Positions 28,805 to 35,222 of a stretch of 49,707 nucleotides of DNA are shown here, piece by piece. Each line of letters starts with the position of its first letter. Position 1 is the stretch's first letter. The stretch lies in the IMG/VR virus record IMGVR_UViG_3300028585_000293, positions 1 through 49,707 of that record. One strand, 5' to 3'. The notes beneath the pieces were generated by a model. That model had not been told where the DNA came from. It saw only the letters and a list, made by a program, of their open reading frames with translations, and made no database searches. A program made the position numbers and the translations under genes. The DNA comes from a virus. Its lineage: Duplodnaviria; Caudoviricetes.

Positions 28805-29122
28805 TCAAACCGGCCATCCATCCGGCCCCGGCGCGCGCTTCACGCGCTTTGCCTTGCCCTGCTCGGCCTCGGTCTTGACCGCGTGGCATGGATCGCAGAT
28901 GGCTTCCAGATTGGACGGGTGATCGATCTGCGCGCGCGTCCAGCGCAGCGTTGCGGCCTTGGCCTTGCTGACGATATGGTCGACCGCGCGAGCCAGCGTC
29001 ATCCGGCCTGCTCGCTTGCACAGCTGACACTGGCCGGCGTCGCGCGCCATCACCTGGTTGCGGACCTTGACCCAGGCGCTGTCGTAACCGCGCTCGTGGC
29101 GACTCTTCGTGCCCCAGACCAT
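28805..29122 (-). CDS. Terminase-associated HNH endonuclease (HK97 gp74-like)
   Basis: RGYDSAW...RD..CQLC...VDHI...NLEAICDPCHAVKT; ATG coupled through TAATG. Confidence 0.93.
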   Translation of the reverse strand: MVWGTKSRHERGYDSAWVKVRNQVMARDAGQCQLCKRAGRMTLARAVDHIVSKAKAATLRWTRAQIDHPSNLEAICDPCHAVKTEAEQGKAKRVKRAPGPDGWPV

Positions 29123-29271
29123 TACGCCGCGTCCGTTTCGATCTTGATCCCGCAGTCGACGATGGCGTCGATCCAGCGATCTGCCAGCATGGCCAGCACG
29201 AATACCGCTGCCAGGGATGGCTGAACCCACCAAGCAACGCGTGTGCGCATCTTGATTGTCACCGTTGCCAT
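29122..29271 (-). CDS. Small membrane protein (49 aa)
   Basis: MATVTIKMRTRVAWWVQPSLAAVFVLAML..., coupled at both ends (TGATG, TAATG). Confidence 0.55.
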   Translation of the reverse strand: MATVTIKMRTRVAWWVQPSLAAVFVLAMLADRWIDAIVDCGIKIETDAA

Positions 29272-29576
29272 CAGCTCGCCTTCCATGGCTCGTGAGCCTC
29301 GGAGATTTCAGCTGGACCCGTAGGCGGCCTGGACTTGAAGATGTCGCGCAGGATCTGCTTGACGTTCTCCGGCACGCTGCGCGCGATCTCGACGAACGAC
29401 ATGCCGCCGCGGCCGTGACCCTTGGCACGAAGGATCGTCTGCGCTTCCTCGCACTCAGCCAGGTGCTCAGCGATCTGGTTCAGGCGCGTGAGGTTTTGCG
29501 CTCGGTTCGGGTGCGGACTGCCGCCTAGGACGGCGCGCAGGATCTCAGCGCGGTACTTAAAGGCGAGGTCATTCAT
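29271..29576 (-). CDS. Hypothetical phage protein
   Basis: 101-aa ORF in a translationally coupled chain. Confidence 0.65.
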   Translation of the reverse strand: MNDLAFKYRAEILRAVLGGSPHPNRAQNLTRLNQIAEHLAECEEAQTILRAKGHGRGGMSFVEIARSVPENVKQILRDIFKSRPPTGPAEISEAHEPWKAS

Positions 29577-29660
29577 GCTCCACCAATCCCTTCCTTGGCC
29601 TGCTCGCGCAGGCGGTGTACGGTGTAGCGCAGCCAGGCCAGTTCCTGCTCGACGCTCATG

Positions 29661-29873
29661 CTACTTCTCCCCGAAGCCAGGCACATCCCTGAGTACCGCC
29701 TTGCGCATGCGATGAATGAACACAGCAGCCAGGATCGCCACCCACGTCCACACAACGCCGTGGACCCAGCCCGGCACGTCGAGACGGTCGAGCAGGAGCC
29801 AGAGGACGATCGCAAACAGAATCGGTGGCCGCGGCGGCAGCGAGCTGTGCTTAATGAGAACTTCTTGCGACAT
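29661..29873 (-). CDS. Small two-TM membrane protein
   Basis: GAGGTG RBS, ATG 29873 and two hydrophobic segments. Confidence 0.65.
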   Translation of the reverse strand: MSQEVLIKHSSLPPRPPILFAIVLWLLLDRLDVPGWVHGVVWTWVAILAAVFIHRMRKAVLRDVPGFGEK

Positions 29874-29885
29874 GGCGCACCTCGG

Positions 29886-29925
29886 AAAAAGAAAAGCCGC
29901 CCGGCGCATTGCTGCGAGGGGCGGC
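29886..29925 (-). terminator. Intrinsic terminator closing the structured late leader
   Basis: GCCGCCC...GGGCGGC followed by TTTTCTTTTT. Confidence 0.7.
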
Positions 29926-29962
29926 GAAAGACCAGCGTTGGAGCTGATCGAGGAAACTGGTA

Positions 29963-30101
29963 GTGGTGGCCGGTGCTGACCTCCGGCATTCCCTGGCAAG
30001 CGGGCGTTTTACGTGAGCGACACTGGCGGTAAGGGCGAGGGAATCGCCGTCATCTTTACGCTTGCCTTGCTGTGCTGCGCATCAGCCTGCGCATTCACCA
30101 C
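29963..30101 (-). ncRNA. Cloverleaf-like RNA with complementary (kissing) loops
   Basis: Closing stem GTGGTG/CACCAC; hairpin TGCGCA-GGCTGA-TGCGCA; arm GGCAAGCG/CGCTTGCC; hairpin GCCGG-AGGTCAGCA-CCGGC. Loop segments GCTGA and TCAGC are complementary. Confidence 0.65.
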
Positions 30102-30210
30102 ACACCCGCCAGCAGGAGTTGAACCTGCGACCTCTCCTTTCCATCCGGCTGTTGTTCAATCCGGACTACGGGAGCGCTCTAACCATCTGAGCTATGGCGT
30201 GTGTGTGGTG
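30096..30210 (-). ncRNA. tRNA-like element with extended acceptor stem and 24-nt anticodon insertion
   Basis: TA GCTC AGATGGTTA GAGC D arm, AGGTC variable loop and GCAGG TTCAACT CCTGC T arm. The anticodon loop is replaced by 31 nt and no CCA is encoded. Confidence 0.75.
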
Positions 30211-30491
30211 ACTCGTTCTCGGGAATCAGGCGGCCAACCCCAAGGCTATCTGCCAAGTGGGCGGCTTGCCGGTTACAGCGTCCGGCGTCGGTGCGCGCTG
30301 GGTGCGCTCGACTGTTCTGGCCGATGCCAGATCGCGCTCTCGTATTCGTGTGCGCCGTCTTCGAAGTCTCGCCGGGCGGGCGCTCCGGCACTTCTCTGGC
30401 AAATATGATCCCGTGCGCGTTTCGTCGCGCTTCTACGTGATGACCAGGCCGGGCGGGATCTAGCGCTTCATGGCACACCTCCTCGGGGCGT

Positions 30492-30520
30492 AAACGACAA
30501 AGCCCGCCGAAGTGGCGGGC
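30492..30520 (-). terminator. tR'-like terminator downstream of the late promoter
   Basis: GCCCGCC ACTTC GGCGGGC TTTGTCGTTT. Confidence 0.65.
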
Positions 30521-30650
30521 CAAGATGTAGGGTACTGCACATATTTCAGGGCGAGCGCCGCCTTTACTGCTGGCTGGACTGCTCGACTGCCTCGGGTGAC
30601 GTTGGCGCCAAGGCGCGCATTACGTGGATCGAGGGATATGTGAAGACCGT

Positions 30651-30679
30651 AGTTTACGCCCGGTTCGTGCGCTTTGCAA
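30651..30679 (-). promoter_or_regulatory. Late promoter (pR'-like), sigma70 type
   Basis: TTGCAA-17 bp-TAAACT, just downstream of the Q-like operon. Confidence 0.7.
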
Positions 30680-30689
30680 TACTGTTCAG

Positions 30690-30893
30690 CTACAACACTA
30701 CGCGCGCCACAACAGCGTCCACCACATGCTCATCGGGAGCACCCAGACTGCGACAGGTGATCATCCGAATGTCGATATCGACTGGAGTCGCGCCCGTTGC
30801 AGCCTTGAAATCAACCACAGCCTTTGCAGCAGCCATCAGGATCGAGTGCTCCATCTCCCGCTTCGCCTGGAGCATTGCCTCGGCCGCACTCAT
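30690..30893 (-). CDS. Hypothetical protein (67 aa)
   Basis: ATGA-coupled to the Q-like gene. Confidence 0.6.
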   Translation of the reverse strand: MSAAEAMLQAKREMEHSILMAAAKAVVDFKAATGATPVDIDIRMITCRSLGAPDEHVVDAVVARVVL

Positions 30894-31435
30894 GCTGCCC
30901 TCCGCATCTTGGCGGCGGCCCGCGCGCTGTGCGCCTGGTACATGCCTTCCAGCTCCGACACCATGTCGGCAATACGCTCACGCTCCAGCGCTCCGCCCTG
31001 GATTGGCTCACGCCCAGGGGACGCGGCGCAATGGGTGCACGCCCGGCCGGAATCGATCTTGGTGCCGTTGCATGCGCTGCATTCGCCGCCCAACCAGTGA
31101 GCCAGCGAGTGCACCGCGATCTTCTTGTAGATGCCGTACGCCGCCCCGATGTCCCATTCGTGCTTGATGTTGATCCACTTGCGGGCAAAGCCCCTGCGCG
31201 CCACTTCGCCGGTCCAGATGCGCAGCAGCACGCCCAGGTCGTGCGCGTTGCTCTCGATAGCCTGGCGCGGCACGCCAGCGATGTGCGCGCGCAACAGCAT
31301 CGACCCGAAAAGCTCACCCGAGCCACCGGACAGGTCGGCCAGCGCCGCGGCGACGAGCGGCTCCGTTTGGTGGTGCTGATCGTCGTCCTGCAGGTTGGAA
31401 GTGCTCAGTGCGTTGAGGTAGCGCTCAGCGAACAT
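30890..31435 (-). CDS. Late antiterminator Q-like zinc-finger protein
   Basis: CSACNGT...CTHC zinc finger, GGAG RBS and position upstream of the late promoter/terminator. Confidence 0.7.
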   Translation of the reverse strand: MFAERYLNALSTSNLQDDDQHHQTEPLVAAALADLSGGSGELFGSMLLRAHIAGVPRQAIESNAHDLGVLLRIWTGEVARRGFARKWINIKHEWDIGAAYGIYKKIAVHSLAHWLGGECSACNGTKIDSGRACTHCAASPGREPIQGGALERERIADMVSELEGMYQAHSARAAAKMRRAA

Positions 31436-31590
31436 AGGTTTCTCCGTGGAATTTCCAAGAGATTACCAGCTGGAATGGATGGCTGAGTTGCGTCCGAGAT
31501 TTTCCAAATTGCAATCCGGCGTGCTTGTACCACACGTCACGCGCCGAAGCTCTTGCAATCAGGTGTCAGCATCTCCATATCAGATTAGCA

Positions 31591-31890
31591 ATGCCACTTC
31601 ACCCTCCTATAACATTCAAAGGAACTATCTTGAAAATTCCACTGACTATTGAAGACAAAACCCTTTCGATCAGCGAAGAAACCTGGATTGATCTGAAGAG
31701 CGGGAAAGATTCTACCGCTTACTCCAGCGTCAAAGCTGCTGCCACCGCCTTCGTTGCAGCCGACGGCAACTTTGTCATCCAACGCGAGCAAGAGAATGAT
31801 TCCTCGGTAATCAATCACTTCCACCGGAGACAGGAGCTTCAGAAATTCTTCGATAACGTGGATCAAGAGCGCGCCGAGAAAGGCCTCTAA
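31591..31890 (+). CDS. Hypothetical moron protein, opposite strand
   Basis: AT-richer ORF; start at ATG 31591 or TTG 31630 (AAGGAA RBS). Confidence 0.6.
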   Translation: MPLHPPITFKGTILKIPLTIEDKTLSISEETWIDLKSGKDSTAYSSVKAAATAFVAADGNFVIQREQENDSSVINHFHRRQELQKFFDNVDQERAEKGL

Positions 31891-31999
31891 CGGCAACTTT
31901 ATCGCAACAATCATTGGGCGGCATTACGGCCCTATTGGACCTCATGGCTTCTGCCTCGCCCTGGTTATCAAGCTTGGGCGAGCTTTTCGTCTGCGCCCC

Positions 32000-32350
32000 C
32001 TAGAAGTTCTCAATGGACCACCCGCCCCCTTCCTTTTTTGGCTTTGCTTTTACAGCGATAAATCGGAAGGGATACAGATCGGCCGCAATCTTGATCTTCG
32101 CTCTAGCGTCGTCGGCCCAGAACCCCTTCACTTCGTGCGCTTCTAGGGCGCCGTCGGCGAGCATGACGGCGAAGTCCGGGGTGTAGAAAGTGTTGTCCGC
32201 CAGCCTCAGCTTGATGCCCTCGAACTTGAACCAGGCGACCTCACCAGCATGGCGCCGCGCATTCAGCGTCGCAGCGTACGCGGCCTCGGTCTTGTTCATG
32301 GTGCCGGTCTTAAGCCGTCCCAGCGCCTGGAGCGCGCGCTGGTTGCTCAT
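32000..32350 (-). CDS. DUF1064-like PD-(D/E)xK nuclease (candidate resolvase)
   Basis: MNKTEAAY...YTPDF...HEVKG; ATG 32350 overlaps the upstream stop. Confidence 0.8.
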   Translation of the reverse strand: MSNQRALQALGRLKTGTMNKTEAAYAATLNARRHAGEVAWFKFEGIKLRLADNTFYTPDFAVMLADGALEAHEVKGFWADDARAKIKIAADLYPFRFIAVKAKPKKEGGGWSIENF

Positions 32351-32601
32351 TGGCGAGCCTCGATCGAAGATGCCACAGCGGTCGCCAGCCTGTGCAGCCG
32401 GGCGTTGAACCACCGGCGTACGGCATATGACCGAACCACGCTGATCACGGTATAGATCAGGCCCAGGGCGAAGTTCGCGCCAGGCGTGATGTGGAACCCG
32501 AACAGCGGGAAGATAAACATGTTGGCCGTGAAATTGATCCCGAATCCGATCAGGACGTTGATGATGGCCTCGATGAACGAGCCGAGCCGGGTCTGAGTCA
32601 T
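32347..32601 (-). CDS. Conserved phage two-TM membrane protein
   Basis: QTRLGSFIEAIINVLIGF...FPLFG...ISVVRSYAVRRWFN. Confidence 0.8.
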   Translation of the reverse strand: MTQTRLGSFIEAIINVLIGFGINFTANMFIFPLFGFHITPGANFALGLIYTVISVVRSYAVRRWFNARLHRLATAVASSIEARQ

Positions 32602-33071
32602 TTGGCCAAGTCTCCGTAGGTGATGGTGTAGTGGGTCGGATTGCGATCGGCGTAGCGGTCAATGATATTGGCCGCGCCAGCGTTCAGGGCCGGATAGAAC
32701 GGCAGCGCGCGGGGCGGCCGGTCGTCGGTGAATTTCCCCTGCATCATGGCGTCGCGCAGGACCACGAGCGAGGTGATGGCCTTCGTCACGTGCGACATGC
32801 CCGAGTCCGGGTCGATGTCTTCACCCTCCCACCATGCCATCAGGTGCCGCATCACGCCGTCGTAATAGACCGAGCCGCGCACGCCCACCGCGCGATAGTT
32901 GTGGCGGCCATACTTGCTGGCGCCCTCCAGCATCGCCACTCCAATCTCGGCCAGCACAGTTGCCGGCACGGTCGACATCGGCGCCTTGCGCACGCCGACC
33001 AGGTCCTTCGGGTTCGTCGGCTTCTCATCGTCCAGCGTGTGGAACGTCAGCATTTCGTGGGAATCGCTCAT
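32598..33071 (-). CDS. dATP/dGTP diphosphohydrolase N-terminal domain protein (DUF5664-like)
   Basis: NPKDLVG..K, GASKYGRHNY and RHLMAWWEGEDIDPDSGMSH motifs. Confidence 0.8.
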   Translation of the reverse strand: MSDSHEMLTFHTLDDEKPTNPKDLVGVRKAPMSTVPATVLAEIGVAMLEGASKYGRHNYRAVGVRGSVYYDGVMRHLMAWWEGEDIDPDSGMSHVTKAITSLVVLRDAMMQGKFTDDRPPRALPFYPALNAGAANIIDRYADRNPTHYTITYGDLAK

Positions 33072-33072
33072 T

Positions 33073-33327
33073 TCATCCTTTCGTTTTGGGTTGTGCTGCA
33101 TTCTTGTTTTGGTCAGCCTGGGCACGCTTCTCGGCCCAGGCCTTGCGATCGTCGAGGTTGGTCGGCAGCGTGTATCGCTCGCACGCCGGCCGGTTCCATG
33201 GCACGAAGGGCTTGATCACATCGACCCGGCGGGCACCACCCTCGCAGCGCCCTATCCCGACCTTCGCGTGCTCAGGGAATTCCTTCATCTTGAAGTGACC
33301 GCGCAGGGCGCACGCCTTTTCGCTCAC
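33073..33327 (-). CDS. Hypothetical Cys-containing protein
   Basis: 84-aa ORF with ATGA coupling. Confidence 0.6.
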   Translation of the reverse strand: MSEKACALRGHFKMKEFPEHAKVGIGRCEGGARRVDVIKPFVPWNRPACERYTLPTNLDDRKAWAEKRAQADQNKNAAQPKTKG

Positions 33328-34007
33328 GCCGCTCTCGCCGGCGGCGGATCACGGCGCACCAGGTCCCTCAGGGCGCCGATCCCCTCGGGCTTGCGCGCGC
33401 GCTGCTCGGGCTGGGCCTGCGCCGGCGACGTGGCGACCGGACGGATGGGCGCAGCTGCAGTCGGCGGCGCCAGCCCAGGATCTAGGGCCAGCTCGATCCG
33501 GGCCTTGAACTGCCCCATGTATTCGCCTGACCGCGGCGACAGGCCCAACTCAGCACCCTTGGCCAGGATGGTGGCGTCGGTCGCCCACCACACGGCACCA
33601 GCTGTTTTCTTCTGCATTTCGGGCGGCGTCCAGTCAGCCACATACCGCTCGCTGGGCCCGAAGAAGGTGGCTGACAGCAGGATGTACATCGGCTCGGTCT
33701 TCATTGCCTTGACGAACGCGGCATACGCCTGCGCGCCTGCGAGCATCTCGGCCACGGTGGCGCCCGCAGCGAGCCGGGCAGCCCATGCCTTGTGCGCCGC
33801 CTTCTTGCTGTCGCCAGGACGTGCGGGGTAAACTTCCCAGACCACTTCGAAGTCGGCCGGGTAGTCGTTGCGCTTCGCCTTGGCCGGGGCGGCGCCGGCA
33901 GAGCGCAGGCGGTCGAGCTCGTCGAGCAGCTCCACCACCGTGGTCGACTTCAGGTGCACAGTCGGGCCGACGGCGGCAAGCCCGCGCAGAGGGGAGTAGT
34001 CACGCAT
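33324..34007 (-). CDS. Protein resembling the C-terminal domain of phage replication initiators
   Basis: YPADFEVVWEVYPARPGDSKKAAHKAW...ATFFGP; no N-terminal HTH is evident. Confidence 0.6.
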   Translation of the reverse strand: MRDYSPLRGLAAVGPTVHLKSTTVVELLDELDRLRSAGAAPAKAKRNDYPADFEVVWEVYPARPGDSKKAAHKAWAARLAAGATVAEMLAGAQAYAAFVKAMKTEPMYILLSATFFGPSERYVADWTPPEMQKKTAGAVWWATDATILAKGAELGLSPRSGEYMGQFKARIELALDPGLAPPTAAAPIRPVATSPAQAQPEQRARKPEGIGALRDLVRRDPPPARAA

Positions 34008-34704
34008 GGCCACCCTCCCCGATATTCGCGTACCGCTTCGCCAGAAATACCTGGCCAGCCCCCGTAACCATGGTGGTGAAGGTCGCGTGCGTCACGCCTT
34101 TGCTGTCGGTATAGGGCTGCTGCTCGACCACAGTGAAATACTCCCGATCGATGTACTTCTGATACGGCAGGTTGTTTTCCAGCAGGATGCCGTCGGCGCG
34201 CAGGCGCTTGAAGAACTTGTTGCGGCCGTGCCCGAGCGTCTTCGCGATCTTCTCGATGTGACAGGCGCCGTCGATGGCGCGCACCGCCTCGGCAAACGCA
34301 ACCTTCGGCGCGTCGGCTGCCACCTTGATCTCTAGCGCCTCGCGCGCTTCGAACTGCGCCGCCCACGCTCGAGCTGCCTCGGCTGGGTTCGCGAAGTCTG
34401 GGAGCGCGATAGTGGCGCGCTGCTCCAGCTCTTGCCAGCGATCCACCAGCCTGGCGGTGAACTGCGGCGAGAGCTGCGCCACGATGACGTAGCTGTCGCG
34501 CTTTCCGACCTGATAGACCTTCTCGACCGTGTTATTTCCGGCTTTGTCGCCATCCACCAATGGTGGACGGGCAATTGCCTGCGCGCCGGCCAGCCGCTCA
34601 ATGGTGCGCTTCACGCTGTCGTGCCGCGACTCGACCAGGTCGGCGATCTCGCGGCTGGTCATCGTCAGCGCGGCGCCGGACTGTAATTTCAGCATGCTTC
34701 CCAT
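34000..34704 (-). CDS. Rha-family / KilAC (ANT) antirepressor
   Basis: TMTSREIADLVESRHDSVKRTIE N-domain and PKVAFA...PYQKYIDREYF...VTGAGQVFL C-domain. Confidence 0.9.
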   Translation of the reverse strand: MGSMLKLQSGAALTMTSREIADLVESRHDSVKRTIERLAGAQAIARPPLVDGDKAGNNTVEKVYQVGKRDSYVIVAQLSPQFTARLVDRWQELEQRATIALPDFANPAEAARAWAAQFEAREALEIKVAADAPKVAFAEAVRAIDGACHIEKIAKTLGHGRNKFFKRLRADGILLENNLPYQKYIDREYFTVVEQQPYTDSKGVTHATFTTMVTGAGQVFLAKRYANIGEGGHA

Positions 34705-34733
34705 GTCGTTTCCTTTCCAGTACCGGAGCCGCG

Positions 34734-35222
34734 TCAAGCGGCCTCCCTCGCCAGCTCGCGCACGACGCTGGTGGAATTGATGTGATGGCGAACCCGGCGA
34801 TCGACCTCTCGGCACGCCCGCTCGACGTCGATGGCGCGGACGTTCTCCAGCTGCGCGTCGTGGCACTCCAGCGCCTCGCGGATGGAGTTGAGTTCGCCGC
34901 CCTTCATGATTACCCGGTCGAGCTTCAGGATTCGCTTGCCCACTTCCAGCAACGCGTCACGCGCAGCGATGGTCACCCGGCGGAACTCGTCACCGATCCC
35001 CTGCTCGCACATGACGTTCGCCATGTTGATCGCGCCGACCAACAGATCCCAGCCCTCCCGCGTGCCGGCGCCCTTGGCCATGTCGGCGAGCGCCTTGTGG
35101 CTGCGGATCTGGATGAGGCGTAGGTGCTCGATGTGATCGCCACTCATCCCGCCGAAGACGGTTGTCAGGACGTTGCTGGCGACGTATTTCGGGCGGTATT
35201 TCTTGTTTCTCACCTTTTTCAT
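34734..35222 (-). CDS. Conserved hypothetical phage protein
   Basis: 162-aa ORF with a basic N-terminus, coupled to the methyltransferase gene. Confidence 0.7.
   Translation of the reverse strand: MKKVRNKKYRPKYVASNVLTTVFGGMSGDHIEHLRLIQIRSHKALADMAKGAGTREGWDLLVGAINMANVMCEQGIGDEFRRVTIAARDALLEVGKRILKLDRVIMKGGELNSIREALECHDAQLENVRAIDVERACREVDRRVRHHINSTSVVRELAREAA

Noticed and set aside
29963-30101. Hammerhead ribozyme
   Set aside because: CTGATG is followed by C rather than A, and there is no appropriately placed GAAA core.
30139-30169. Group I/II intron in the tRNA-like element
   Set aside because: The insertion is only 24 nt, far too short for a self-splicing intron, and I could not derive an unambiguous mature anticodon.
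30013-30523. ORFs 30013-30408, 30179-30523, 30201-30440 and 30257-30463
   Set aside because: They overlap the tRNA-like and hairpin structures, lack convincing RBSs and show no protein features.
32598-33071. Z-base (2-aminoadenine) genome pathway
   Set aside because: No PurZ, HD-family dATPase or phage DNA polymerase in the window.
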